This document shows, piece after piece, positions 45,139 to 55,019 of a stretch of DNA of 64,000 nucleotides. The position numbers and the translations under genes are program-made. Where the stretch lies: contig CAVSGG010000009.1 of assembly GCA_963727455.1 (NCBI GenBank), positions 128,001 through 192,000 of the forward strand, in the 5' to 3' direction. The DNA is from Candidatus Krumholzibacteriota bacterium. GTDB lineage: Bacteria; Krumholzibacteriota; Krumholzibacteriia; JAJRXK01. The notes below the pieces were generated by a model. The model ran no database searches. It was not told the origin of the DNA and saw only the letters and a program-made list of their open reading frames with translations. Every line of letters starts with the position of its first letter. Positions within the stretch are counted from its first letter, which is position 1.

Positions 45139-46683
45139 TCAGACCGCCGCGACGATCTCGGGGTCGAGCTCGGGCCAGCGGGCCATGTATTCCGCCCGTT
45201 CTTTGCGCAATCGCTCGACCTGCTGCCGATATTCTTCCATGCGGCCCGTGCGCTCGTAGAGCTTGCGCGGACACAAGAGCTCCCGATCCTCCTCGGGGAA
45301 GCCGGGAACCGAGCTGGCCACCTGGTAACCGAAGTCGGGATCTTCCTCCCACTCGATCGTTCCCTCGGCGATGGCCTTCACCACAGCCGAAGAGTGAGGG
45401 ATCTTGACCTTCTTGCTGCCCTCTTGATCTTCCGCTCCTCCCACTCGTCCGGTGCTCATGAGATAGACTTCCATGGGTGAGCTCTTCAGGAGCTCGTGGA
45501 AGCGATTTCCCTGCTCGGCCTGGAGCCGTGGAAAGAAGGGATTCGTGCCGGGAACGCGCAGGCTCTTGCCCGCCTCTTCTTTCCCCCCCGCGCTGGTGCC
45601 CTTGGTCTCACCCAACATGAAGTAGGCTGCGGCCTGCACCGGGGAAAGTTTGGCGACGGCGGGTATGATGTGCTCGTTGCGGTTGAGGATGAGCAGGAAG
45701 TCGGCCTTTCCCAAATCGCGCGCGTCGGCGGCGTCCTTGACCTGACTCATGGCGAAGACGGCGCGGCCATTCTGCGTGTAGCTGGTGTCGAAGAAATCCA
45801 GCTTGCCCTGATCGTCCTGGCTCACGTTCTCCAGCCAGGCCTCGGGCTGGGTGACGGCCCCGTAGATGGTGGGTTCGAACTCGGGATCCAGGCCAAAGGT
45901 CTTGGCGAAGCAGCCATTCTCGGTCGAGTAGACGACTCCACCGGGCATCAGCGCCACGAAATCGTCCTGTACCGGCTGGCTGTGATTCTGCGAGGTGAAA
46001 GTGGTCGTGGTCTTGCCCGTGCCCGAGAGCCCGACGATCAGTCCCACCCTCTTCTTGTCCTTGACCGGAATCACTTTGCAGCCGGCGTGCAGGGAGAGGC
46101 CTCCGCGCTCGTAGACCAGGTTGTTCCACATGCGCAGCCCCCCCTTCTTGGATTCTCCGAAATAGTCGCTGTTGCACACGCGGGTGATTCGCTTGTCCAG
46201 GTCCACCGAGATGACCCTGTCGTTGGGATAGCCCTCCACGGCCAGGCGGGGAGTGTAGATCACGGTGAGTTCGGGCTCGAAATCCTCGGTCCCCGGCGCG
46301 GCGGGATCGTAGTACAGAGTCTGTTGCATCACCGCGATGTTGGCAGCATAGGTGTCGATGATGAGGCGAGTCGCCGTGCGAAAATCCCTGTCGTTGCCGA
46401 TGTAGCCATCGATGACGATCATATCGCAGTCCTTGATGTGCTCCTCCTGCAGGGCCGCGATCTTGGCTCCCTCTTCCCGGCTGATGCACGGGTCGGAGTG
46501 GCGCTCGGGATGATCGGTGACGATGAAGGTGCTGGACTTGCTGCGGGCAGTCGCCTTGGTGGCAACGTTGAAATTCCCGAACTCGGTGAGACGAGCGTTT
46601 TTCATCTCGGACACCATCGTTCGAAGTTCTTCACGACTGGGATTGAAGTGGATTTTCCGAGCCTGGATGGGCAGCTTCGCCAT
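45139..46683 (-). CDS. pckA: phosphoenolpyruvate carboxykinase (ATP)
   Basis: YFGESKKG, LSLHAG, GLSGTGKTT, QDD, ENGCFAKT, TQNGR. Confidence 0.92.
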   Translation of the reverse strand: MAKLPIQARKIHFNPSREELRTMVSEMKNARLTEFGNFNVATKATARSKSSTFIVTDHPERHSDPCISREEGAKIAALQEEHIKDCDMIVIDGYIGNDRDFRTATRLIIDTYAANIAVMQQTLYYDPAAPGTEDFEPELTVIYTPRLAVEGYPNDRVISVDLDKRITRVCNSDYFGESKKGGLRMWNNLVYERGGLSLHAGCKVIPVKDKKRVGLIVGLSGTGKTTTTFTSQNHSQPVQDDFVALMPGGVVYSTENGCFAKTFGLDPEFEPTIYGAVTQPEAWLENVSQDDQGKLDFFDTSYTQNGRAVFAMSQVKDAADARDLGKADFLLILNRNEHIIPAVAKLSPVQAAAYFMLGETKGTSAGGKEEAGKSLRVPGTNPFFPRLQAEQGNRFHELLKSSPMEVYLMSTGRVGGAEDQEGSKKVKIPHSSAVVKAIAEGTIEWEEDPDFGYQVASSVPGFPEEDRELLCPRKLYERTGRMEEYRQQVERLRKERAEYMARWPELDPEIVAAV

Positions 46684-46794
46684 GATTCCTCCGGAATGAA
46701 TCGTTCCTGAAGTCGCGGGGGGAGCTCGTCAAAAGAGGACGAGTAATCGGCCCGAACGTCCGTATGACGCCCCTATCGTAGAGGATGGTATGCA

Positions 46795-48573
46795 GTGACG
46801 CAACCTGCGCGAGAAGAGAGTCCGGCTCCGATCTGGCGCTGGTCGTGGGCGCTCATCGCCCTCACCGCCATCCTGGCTCATCTCCCCGCCCTGCGCGGCT
46901 ACTTCTTTCAGGACGATTGGTCGCGGCTGGCGGCGGTGGTGCACGGGGGAGGCGCGGGTCTTTTGGGTCCACGGCCTCTCTCGCGGCTCGTCGGCTTCGA
47001 ATTGGGACACTTCTTCTTCGGACTGCGCGCCGCCGCCTGGCACGCGAGCGCCCTCTGCGCCTGGGCCCTGGCCAGCGTACTCACCCAGAAGCTGGGACTT
47101 CGAATGGGTTTGCGCCCCTTCGCGGCCACGGTGGCCGGGCTCATCGCCGCGGCCACGCCGGTGGTGCTTCTGCCGGTGTTCTGGGCCAGCGCCTCGGCCG
47201 AGATCTTCGCGGTGCTCTTCGGGCTGCTCGCGCTCTGGGCCTGGCTTCATCCGCACCGACTGGGCGTGAGCCTCGCGGTGCTGGCCGGCCTGGCTTCTTT
47301 CTTCTGCAAGGAATCCCTGCTCGCTCTGCCTCTACTGTTGCTGCTGCTTCCGCGCGGGTTTCTGCCCGAAGGCGGCGCATCGCGCGCGCGTCGCAACTGG
47401 GCGCTTCTGCTGCTTCTGATAGGCGCGGTGGCGGCGGCTGCTTTGGTGTGGAAGGTGATGGCTCCGGCCGATGTCCACGATCCCTATGCCATGGGAGGAC
47501 CCAGGCTGTGGCTGATGAACCTGCTCGTCCTGGGCGCGTGGCTCGTCTCGCCCCTCGCCTTCGCGCCTCTGCCCACGCCCTCCCTGCCCTTCTTTGGAGC
47601 GCTGGTATGGGCGGCCTGGGTCGCTCTGGCGATCCGCAAGGCGCGCGCGGGAGAGCGCCGGGAGAGCTGGTGGCTGCTCCTGGCCCTTCTGAGTCTGGCG
47701 CCGGTGCTGCCGCTCGCGCGTCATCTTCAGCCCTACTATCTGCTGGGCGCGGTGCCCGCCTTCGCCTGGAGCATCGGTGGCACGCTGGATCTGCTGCAGA
47801 AAGAGGCCCCTTTGCGGCCCCGCCTTCAGCCGCTACTCGCTCTTCTCTTCGCCCTGGCGGCACTGGGCGTGGGATATAGCGCGAGTGCGCGGCGTTTCGA
47901 GGCGCGCGACGCGCGCGGCCGGCTCGAGGATCCTCTCGCGCTTCGTAGCGCTCTGGCCTACGAGGCCGCCGGCCTGGTGCGCAGTCTCCCCCTTCAACCC
48001 GGCGAGACCCTGGCCGTATTGGCCGCCACCGCGACCGAGTGGCCCAGGGAGATGCCGGTGAGGATGGCCCAGCGCCTCAACTCGAAAATCTACGTGGCCA
48101 TCGACGGTGAGAAGGGCCTGAGCGTCATGGTGCCCGAGGGAGTTTCCGTGCGCTGGGACTCCCACCTGGATGGACTGCGCGCGGACAGCATGATCCTCTT
48201 CGACGACGGTGGGATGCGGCTGCGCTTCTGGGGAAGGGTTCGTAACGCGCGCTTCTATTCGGCGCTCTTGGCAATGGCGGCACAGCAGTACCAACGCGCT
48301 CTGCACGATCTCTGGGTGGTGGGAGGAAAGGGCGCTCAGCTCGATTTCACGTATCAGCCGGAACTCTTGCCGGTGGCCGGCAGTGCGATCGACGAGAACG
48401 CCAGCCCCTTCGTGCACTACATTTTGAGCCACGAAGAAGACTCGACCCTGGCCCGTCGCCTGGTCCTGCTCTTCGAGCAGCTCTACAAAGCGGTGCGTGG
48501 AAAAGAACTGCAATGGGCCGGCGGCGCGGCGGCTGACTCCTCGTCCACTCGCGCGGATTCCTCCGGCCCCTAG
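46795..48573 (+). CDS. multi-TM membrane protein, GT-C glycosyltransferase-like
   Basis: YFFQDDW loop after TM1, RPLS, CKES, about 11 TMs and a soluble C-terminal domain. Confidence 0.6.
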   Translation: MTQPAREESPAPIWRWSWALIALTAILAHLPALRGYFFQDDWSRLAAVVHGGGAGLLGPRPLSRLVGFELGHFFFGLRAAAWHASALCAWALASVLTQKLGLRMGLRPFAATVAGLIAAATPVVLLPVFWASASAEIFAVLFGLLALWAWLHPHRLGVSLAVLAGLASFFCKESLLALPLLLLLLPRGFLPEGGASRARRNWALLLLLIGAVAAAALVWKVMAPADVHDPYAMGGPRLWLMNLLVLGAWLVSPLAFAPLPTPSLPFFGALVWAAWVALAIRKARAGERRESWWLLLALLSLAPVLPLARHLQPYYLLGAVPAFAWSIGGTLDLLQKEAPLRPRLQPLLALLFALAALGVGYSASARRFEARDARGRLEDPLALRSALAYEAAGLVRSLPLQPGETLAVLAATATEWPREMPVRMAQRLNSKIYVAIDGEKGLSVMVPEGVSVRWDSHLDGLRADSMILFDDGGMRLRFWGRVRNARFYSALLAMAAQQYQRALHDLWVVGGKGAQLDFTYQPELLPVAGSAIDENASPFVHYILSHEEDSTLARRLVLLFEQLYKAVRGKELQWAGGAAADSSSTRADSSGP

Positions 48574-49508
48574 GGCCAATCCAGCGGGGGCGGCCACACC
48601 ATCGAACTCGGCCGCGTGCGCCGCGGCACCAAAACCCGCAATCCTCCCGGCTCGATCCGCGCGTTGATTTCTCTTCGATCCCCCTGGTCATCTCCATCGA
48701 GTTGGATGGGAATGGGATCTTCACAGCGCACGCTCACCTTCTGCCCGCGCAGGAGAGTGAGACCGCCGTGCGGTCGCGGCCGCGCGCCAAAGGATGCAGC
48801 GGCCAGGGTCACGACCTGCTCGAAGGTTTGGGCCCGGATGATGGCCACGTCCAGCATGCCGTCTTGCCCGTCGGCTTCGGGCGGAAAGATCCAGTTGCCC
48901 ATCTGGGTTCCAAAGTTGGCGACCATGACCGAGGCGGCGGTGATCTCGTGTTCGGCATCGTCCACGGTGACGACGAAGGCGTGGTGGTTGATGGGAAGAT
49001 GGCGGGCAGCGCTGATGACGTAGGCGGACTTGCCCAGGACGTTCTTCAGTTCGCGCCCGGCCTCGCGGATGAGATGACCGTCGAAGCCACCGCCGACGGC
49101 CAGGAGAAAGGGCTCCTCTTCGCTGCGCCCCAGATCGACGCGCCGTGGAACTCCTTCTTTCACCAGCCGCAAGGCGGAACGTAGCCCCATCGGGATTCCC
49201 AGGCGTAAAGCCATCACGTTCCCCGTTCCGGAGGGAACGATCGCCAAAGGACGAGAGGAGTTCGCCAGAACCCGCGAAGCCCTTTGCAGAGTTCCGTCAC
49301 CGCCGATGACCACGACGGGGCCGTCCGCTTCGTCCTCTTCGAGAATGCGGTCGGCGTCGAATTCGATTTGGGTGGAACGCCACTCGTCCGGCAGACCTTC
49401 CTCGCGCAAGACCTTGCGCAATCTGCTCTCGTCGATTCGTCGCAGATTACCGCCCGCCGCGGGATTGAAAATGATGGTGGGCGCGGACTGGGGCAAAGGC
49501 GGCTCCAT
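48570..49508 (-). CDS. diacylglycerol/lipid kinase family protein (YegS/DgkB)
   Basis: IFNPAAG, GGDGT, PSGTGN, IQLDGD. Confidence 0.88.
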   Translation of the reverse strand: MEPPLPQSAPTIIFNPAAGGNLRRIDESRLRKVLREEGLPDEWRSTQIEFDADRILEEDEADGPVVVIGGDGTLQRASRVLANSSRPLAIVPSGTGNVMALRLGIPMGLRSALRLVKEGVPRRVDLGRSEEEPFLLAVGGGFDGHLIREAGRELKNVLGKSAYVISAARHLPINHHAFVVTVDDAEHEITAASVMVANFGTQMGNWIFPPEADGQDGMLDVAIIRAQTFEQVVTLAAASFGARPRPHGGLTLLRGQKVSVRCEDPIPIQLDGDDQGDRREINARIEPGGLRVLVPRRTRPSSMVWPPPLDWP

Positions 49509-49643
49509 GGTGTAGATCCTGAGGGACTGCTGGTGATCGTTCCAGTGTATCGGATGCGGCAAAAGGAGCAAGAGCCCGCTCTGCTTGCCCTGGACGGTGG
49601 CGGCGGCTAGTATGCCCCTCGATCTGCCCGCAAGGGGACCCGA

Positions 49644-50780
49644 ATGTCCAAGACCATCTCCGTTTTCCATCTTGACGACGCTCGCAGCTGGCGCGGCGGT
49701 CAGCAACAGGTGCTGTATCTCCATCGCGGACTTCTGCAGGAGGGCGTCGACTCCACGGTGGTCACGCCCGCCGGAAGCGCACTGGCCCAGCGTTGCAGTC
49801 GCGAAGATCTTCCGCTGTGGACTCTCCCGCTGCGCGGCATCGGCTCTCTCCCCTCGCTGTGGCGACTCGCCAAAGCGGCGCAAAGCAAAGGCGCGATTCT
49901 CCACAGTCACACCGCGCACACTCATACCACCGCCCTGCTGTGCTGCTCTCTCAAACCGAAGCTCAAACTGGTCGTGTCCCGGCGGGTCGATTTCGTGCCC
50001 GCCTCCACCCGCTTGAATCGCTGGAAGTACCAGAACGAGCATGTGGACCGTTATCTGGCGATCAGCTCGGGCGTGGAGCGAGTCCTCCTAAAGAGCGGCG
50101 TGCCCAAGCAGCGCATCGCCAGAGTGCCCAGCGGGATCGACCTCGCGCGTTTTCAAGACCTCTCCCCCGACAGCGCGTGGCGCGCGAGCCTGGAGCTTCC
50201 TGCGGGGCGCAAGCTCGTGGGCAGCATCGCGGCACTGGCTCCGCACAAGGACCAGGCCACCCTGCTGCGCGCTTTCGCGCGTTTGCTGCGCATGGGAGTC
50301 GATGCACAGCTCGTCATCTTCGGTGAAGGCAGTGAGCGCGCGCGACTCGAAGAGCTGCGCGGACAACTTGGAATCGAAGAGCGCGTTTTTTTGCCGGGCT
50401 TCGTGACAGAACCTCTCGCGCGTGCGGCCTGCTTCGATCTCTTCGTCATGAGCTCGGCCGAGGAGGGCCTGGGCACCGCGATCCTCGACGCGATGGCCAT
50501 GGGACAGGCGGTGGTCGCGACGGCCGCCGGCGGCATTCCCGACGCGGTGGTGGACCGCGAGACGGGACGTCTCGTGCCGCCCAAGGACGTGGAGGGGTTG
50601 GCCCAGGCTATGGCTTCCCTGCTGGGCGACGGTGAGCTCAGGCGTCGTTACGGGGAGGCCGGCCGTAAACGGGTGGAGGAACACTTCGAGGTCCACCGCA
50701 CGGTGTCCCTGACCCTCTCCGCGTATCGAGAACTCCTGGGGAACTCGCTTGCCGAGTCCCCGGCAAGTTCTCGATATTGA
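49644..50780 (+). CDS. GT4 family glycosyltransferase
   Basis: WRGGQQQ, SRRVDF, PHKDQ, EEGLGTAILDAMA, GGIPD. Confidence 0.9.
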   Translation: MSKTISVFHLDDARSWRGGQQQVLYLHRGLLQEGVDSTVVTPAGSALAQRCSREDLPLWTLPLRGIGSLPSLWRLAKAAQSKGAILHSHTAHTHTTALLCCSLKPKLKLVVSRRVDFVPASTRLNRWKYQNEHVDRYLAISSGVERVLLKSGVPKQRIARVPSGIDLARFQDLSPDSAWRASLELPAGRKLVGSIAALAPHKDQATLLRAFARLLRMGVDAQLVIFGEGSERARLEELRGQLGIEERVFLPGFVTEPLARAACFDLFVMSSAEEGLGTAILDAMAMGQAVVATAAGGIPDAVVDRETGRLVPPKDVEGLAQAMASLLGDGELRRRYGEAGRKRVEEHFEVHRTVSLTLSAYRELLGNSLAESPASSRY

Positions 50781-50786
50781 AGCTCC

Positions 50787-52895
50787 ATGGAATTAAAAGC
50801 CCAACGCTCCTCCTCGCCCGCCGGCCCTCCGCGCTCCCTGCGTGACGCCCTCGTCTTCGGTTTGCTGTGCGGCATCGTGGCGCTGCTTTTCGAACTGCGC
50901 ATTCGCGCGCAGGGGCTCGACTTTCTCCAGGACGGAATCTGGCTTCTCTCCGCGTCGATTTTGCACCGTGGGGGCGCGCTCTATCGTGAGATCGTCACGC
51001 GCGAGGGGCCCTTCGACGCCGAGCTCTTGCGAGGGGTCTTTCTCTTCTTGGGGGAGAAGGCGGCGGCTCTCGCCTTCCTGAAGGCCCTGGTCGACGCGCT
51101 TGCCGCGGCCCTCGGCTCGGCCTGGGCGTTCCACCAGGGCAAGAAGAGCCTCGCCTGGCTCACGCCGCTGGGAATTTTGATCCTGGCGCCCTTCCCCCCG
51201 CGCTACCTCGTCGTCGGCGTGGCCGCCGCTCTCCTCACCGCGGCAATCGCGCGAGCGCGCGGGTCCCGGCAAGCGGAGTTCTCGCAGCGCCTGTCCATTC
51301 TCTTCCTTGCCAGCGGCTTCTGCCTCTCTCTGGCCGCGGTAAGCGGCGTGGATGGTCTTCTCTTGGCTCTGCTTCTGGCGGGAGGAACCCTCCGTGCGCT
51401 TCCGCGCGAGATTCCGGCGCTTCGATCGCGCGCCAACGCCTGGCTCTGGCTGGGTGCGGCGATCCCCTTGCTCGGCGTGCTCCTGGGCGGGGTGCTGCAG
51501 GGCAATTTGCTGAAGGGACTCGACCAGGTTCTACTGGCGGGGACCGAAAGATCGCTGCATCTGATTGCGGACTTCTCGCCGGCGAAGCTTGGGCACGGAC
51601 TGTGGGATGCGCGCCTCGCCATTTCTCCCTTCAAGAGCTTGATGACCGGCGAGAGTCTGCACGAACTCTTCCCCTCCGCCCCCATTCTGAGGGTGCTCTG
51701 TTTTCGCCTGCAGAACCTGCTGCTTTTCGCACTGGTGGCGTGGGCCTGGTCTCGCCCCTCCTTCCGGCGCGCTCAGATGCGTCCTTTGATGATTCTTGCC
51801 ACCGCCCCGCTCGTCGGAACGATCCTCCACAGCGATGCCATGAACTCCCACCGCGCCTGGCTCGCGGTTCTCATCCTCCTTCCCCTCCTCTTGAGCGAGT
51901 TGCGGCCGGCGAGCCTTCGCGCCGCCGCCGCGGGCCTCGTGCTCCTGGCGTGGTCTCTTCCCATCATGGAAGACGGTTGGCTGGCCACGCACACGCGACG
52001 AGAGGATCTGAGGTGGTGGCAACGTCCGCGCGCCGGCATTGCCCTGGATACGCAGCGCGTGAGCAAACTCGATTCACTGATCGAGCTCATGAAGCCGGAG
52101 AACGGCGGCAAGAGAGAGCCCCTCTTGGTCTGGCCCAACGCGCCCGCCCTCAATTTCTTGATGGATGCGCCGCTGGCCCTGCCTCAAGCCGTTCTTCTGC
52201 CGGGACGCGTGCGGCACAAGGAGCGCCTGGCTCCACAGTTGGCACAGTCCGCTCCGCGTCACATCCTGCTCTCGCTTTCCTGGAACTACACGGGGGAGCA
52301 AATCGAAGAGCTCGCTCCCGGTTGCTGGGACTTCATGCGCCAGAACTACCGTGTCCTGGGAAGCGTGATCGGCCCCGATCTCAGATTTCGCGTTCTTCAG
52401 CACCTCGATCCCGGCGAGAAGATCAGCGAGCTCACGCTCCCCCAGCGTCTTCCCGACGTGGAGCAGAGCGTGGGAAACGGGGTGAGTCCCGCCCTGCGCA
52501 CCAAGTTTGAAATCGGCCAGAGCTTCCGCGTGGGTCCGCGCGACCTCGAGGGTTTCGCGGTGCGCTGGCGCACCGATGCGGACTCCTTGACGGTGGGCGT
52601 GCGCATTCGCATCTGGAAGTGGGAGAAGGGCGGGTGGAATCGACTCATGGAGATCTACGAGCTCGAGGTGCCGATTCACGGGGATCTCGACCGCAGCTTC
52701 CTGCGCTTCGGTCCGGTGGAAGATTCCGCGGGGCAGCTCTTGGCCATCACCTTCGAGTTGAAAGAGGATCCCGGTCCCGAGCTGCGTTTCGTGTGGCATG
52801 ACGAAAAGAACGGCGCGCCGGATCTCTACCCCGAGGGCGCCGCCCTGGTCGAGCTCGAGCCCCAGGACGCTGATCTGTATTTCTTCAGCTGGTAA
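50787..52895 (+). CDS. hypothetical multi-TM protein with soluble C-terminal domain (GT-C-like)
   Basis: FLQDG...GGALYRE...GP N-terminal pattern reminiscent of GT-C proteins; about 10 TMs; 6 bp after the GT4 gene. Confidence 0.5.
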   Translation: MELKAQRSSSPAGPPRSLRDALVFGLLCGIVALLFELRIRAQGLDFLQDGIWLLSASILHRGGALYREIVTREGPFDAELLRGVFLFLGEKAAALAFLKALVDALAAALGSAWAFHQGKKSLAWLTPLGILILAPFPPRYLVVGVAAALLTAAIARARGSRQAEFSQRLSILFLASGFCLSLAAVSGVDGLLLALLLAGGTLRALPREIPALRSRANAWLWLGAAIPLLGVLLGGVLQGNLLKGLDQVLLAGTERSLHLIADFSPAKLGHGLWDARLAISPFKSLMTGESLHELFPSAPILRVLCFRLQNLLLFALVAWAWSRPSFRRAQMRPLMILATAPLVGTILHSDAMNSHRAWLAVLILLPLLLSELRPASLRAAAAGLVLLAWSLPIMEDGWLATHTRREDLRWWQRPRAGIALDTQRVSKLDSLIELMKPENGGKREPLLVWPNAPALNFLMDAPLALPQAVLLPGRVRHKERLAPQLAQSAPRHILLSLSWNYTGEQIEELAPGCWDFMRQNYRVLGSVIGPDLRFRVLQHLDPGEKISELTLPQRLPDVEQSVGNGVSPALRTKFEIGQSFRVGPRDLEGFAVRWRTDADSLTVGVRIRIWKWEKGGWNRLMEIYELEVPIHGDLDRSFLRFGPVEDSAGQLLAITFELKEDPGPELRFVWHDEKNGAPDLYPEGAALVELEPQDADLYFFSW

Positions 52896-52934
52896 TGGGA
52901 AGCGGCGGTGGCCAGGCGAGCGCCGCAAAGATGC

Positions 52935-53927
52935 TCAGTCCGGCGAATTCACCGCGCCCGCAGTGCTGCCCTCGCGCAAGAACTCGACGATCGACCGGGC
53001 CGCCGCAATCCCCACCTTCGACTTGGCTTCTTTGGTGGAAGCTCCCAAATGCGGGGTGTGGACGACCTGCTCCATGGACAAAAGCGGATGGCCGGCGGAC
53101 GGCGGCTCCTCTTCGTACACGTCGAGGGCCGCGCCCGCCAGATGCCCCGACTGCAGTGCCCGGGTCAGGGCGGATTCATCCACGAGACCACCGCGCGCGC
53201 AGTTCACCAGCAACGCGCCTCTTTGCATGAGCGCGATCTCCTCAGTGCCGATGAGTCCGCGCGTTTCGTCGCTGAGTGGCAGATGGAGGGTGAGGATGTC
53301 GGCACGGCGCAGGAGATCCTGCAGCTCTAGTTTCGTGAAACCTTCCGCCGCCGCCCTCTCGTCGCTGAGAAAGGGATCGTGCGCGAGGATCTGCATGCCA
53401 AAGGCCTTGGCCCTCTCGGCGACCAGCGTTCCGATGCGGCCGACTCCCACCACTCCCAGCTTCTTTCCCGCCAACTCGGTCCCCACGTATCGCTGTCGTT
53501 CCCATTCACCTTTCGCCAATGCGAGGTGCCCCTGCACGAGCTTGCGCACTAGGGCCAACAGAAGCGCGAAGGTCAGCTCGGCCGCGGCAACCGCATTGCC
53601 CCCCGGCGTATTGAAGACGACGATTCCGCGGCGTGAAGCCTCTTGCAGATCGATCTTGTCCAGGCCCACTCCGGCGCGCGCGATCACGCGCAGAGCCGGC
53701 GCCGCATCGAGGAGTTCGCGGCCGACGCGCGTCGCGCTGCGCACCAGTATGGCGCTGGCCTCGCCCAGCGCATTTTGACGATCGCGCGCTGAGAGTTGGG
53801 CTGCGTCGATCACCGAAAAACCGTTCTCGCGCAAAAACGCGAGCCCTTCCTCGGCGATGGGATCCATTGCCACGACCGGCCCGAAATTTTCTTTGCCGGC
53901 TTGCGCAGCTGCGTTCGGCGCTCTCAT
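52935..53927 (-). CDS. serA: D-3-phosphoglycerate dehydrogenase (short form, no ACT domain)
   Basis: RAGVGLDKID, GVGRIG, NCARGG, DVYEEEP, TPHLGASTKEA. Confidence 0.82.
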   Translation of the reverse strand: MRAPNAAAQAGKENFGPVVAMDPIAEEGLAFLRENGFSVIDAAQLSARDRQNALGEASAILVRSATRVGRELLDAAPALRVIARAGVGLDKIDLQEASRRGIVVFNTPGGNAVAAAELTFALLLALVRKLVQGHLALAKGEWERQRYVGTELAGKKLGVVGVGRIGTLVAERAKAFGMQILAHDPFLSDERAAAEGFTKLELQDLLRRADILTLHLPLSDETRGLIGTEEIALMQRGALLVNCARGGLVDESALTRALQSGHLAGAALDVYEEEPPSAGHPLLSMEQVVHTPHLGASTKEAKSKVGIAAARSIVEFLREGSTAGAVNSPD

Positions 53928-55018
53928 GCACCACTCCTCAGTTTTTCCCACTCTTCATCCAGCACCTGCAGGCATTCCGCGAGAAGCTCGGGATCGATCT
54001 CGCCCATGTGGCCCACGCGAATCACCCGCGACTTCGTGTCGCCGTATCCCGCCCCCACCACGAATCCGCGTTCGCGGCAGGCCTCGAGCCACTTGGCGAT
54101 GTCCACCGAATCGACCGTGAGAGCGGTGAGGGTAGTAGAACGGAAACCCTCGCGCGCGAAGGGCACGAAGCGGCCGGCGGCCCACGAGAGAACTCGATCT
54201 CTCATGGCTGCGTGCCGCGCGTAGCGCTGTTGAAGGCCCTCGCTCTCCATCTGGGCGAGCGCGGCCTGAAGCTGAAAGAGCAGCGAAATGGGCGGCGTGT
54301 TGGGAGTCTGCCACGAGTCCATCTTGCGCCGGTGCAGACACCAATCGAAGTACAGGCCTTTGCCGCGCGCGCGTTCGCTTTCCTTCAACGCGCGATCGGA
54401 AACGCTGACGAGGGTGAGACCGGGCGGAAGCGCCCAGGCCTTTTGCGTACCCGCCAGACAGAGGTCCACTCCCCATTCGTCCAGGCGCAATTCGACCGCA
54501 GCCATGGAGGAGACGGTATCGACCAAGAGCAGTGCCTCGCTCTCCTCGCGCACGACCTTGGCGATTTCTCGCAGAGGATTCAGTACCCCGGTCGAGGTCT
54601 CGTTGTGCACGAGGGTCACCGCGCGATAGACTTTGGCGCGCAGCGCTTCGCGCACCCGCTCGGGATCGATGGGCTCTCCCCACTCCACCACGACTTCCTC
54701 CCCTTCCACATCGCAGGCGGCGCGCAATTTCGACCAACGCTTGGAGAAGGCTCCGCAGACCAGATGGAGCACCGGACCTGAAGTGAGATTGCGGATCGCG
54801 CCTTCCATGGCGCCAGTTGCCGAGGAGCAAAGGGGAAACACCGAGCCCTCGGTCGCCAGGACCTCGGCCACCTTGGTCATCGTCTCCTTCAAGAGGACCG
54901 AGATCTCCGGACCGCGGTGACCGATCATGGGAAGCGTCCCCGCCCGAGCGACCCCGGGCAGAACTTCGGTCGGTCCGGGCAAGAACAGCAGCGGATGATC
55001 GCGAGGGATCGAACTCAT
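53924..55018 (-). CDS. class V PLP aminotransferase (serine-pyruvate or phosphoserine aminotransferase-like)
   Basis: LPGPT, GHRG, SATGAME, VHNETSTG, VDTVSS, GTQKA, RVGHMG. Confidence 0.88.
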   Translation of the reverse strand: MSSIPRDHPLLFLPGPTEVLPGVARAGTLPMIGHRGPEISVLLKETMTKVAEVLATEGSVFPLCSSATGAMEGAIRNLTSGPVLHLVCGAFSKRWSKLRAACDVEGEEVVVEWGEPIDPERVREALRAKVYRAVTLVHNETSTGVLNPLREIAKVVREESEALLLVDTVSSMAAVELRLDEWGVDLCLAGTQKAWALPPGLTLVSVSDRALKESERARGKGLYFDWCLHRRKMDSWQTPNTPPISLLFQLQAALAQMESEGLQQRYARHAAMRDRVLSWAAGRFVPFAREGFRSTTLTALTVDSVDIAKWLEACRERGFVVGAGYGDTKSRVIRVGHMGEIDPELLAECLQVLDEEWEKLRSGA

Positions 55019-55019
55019 T

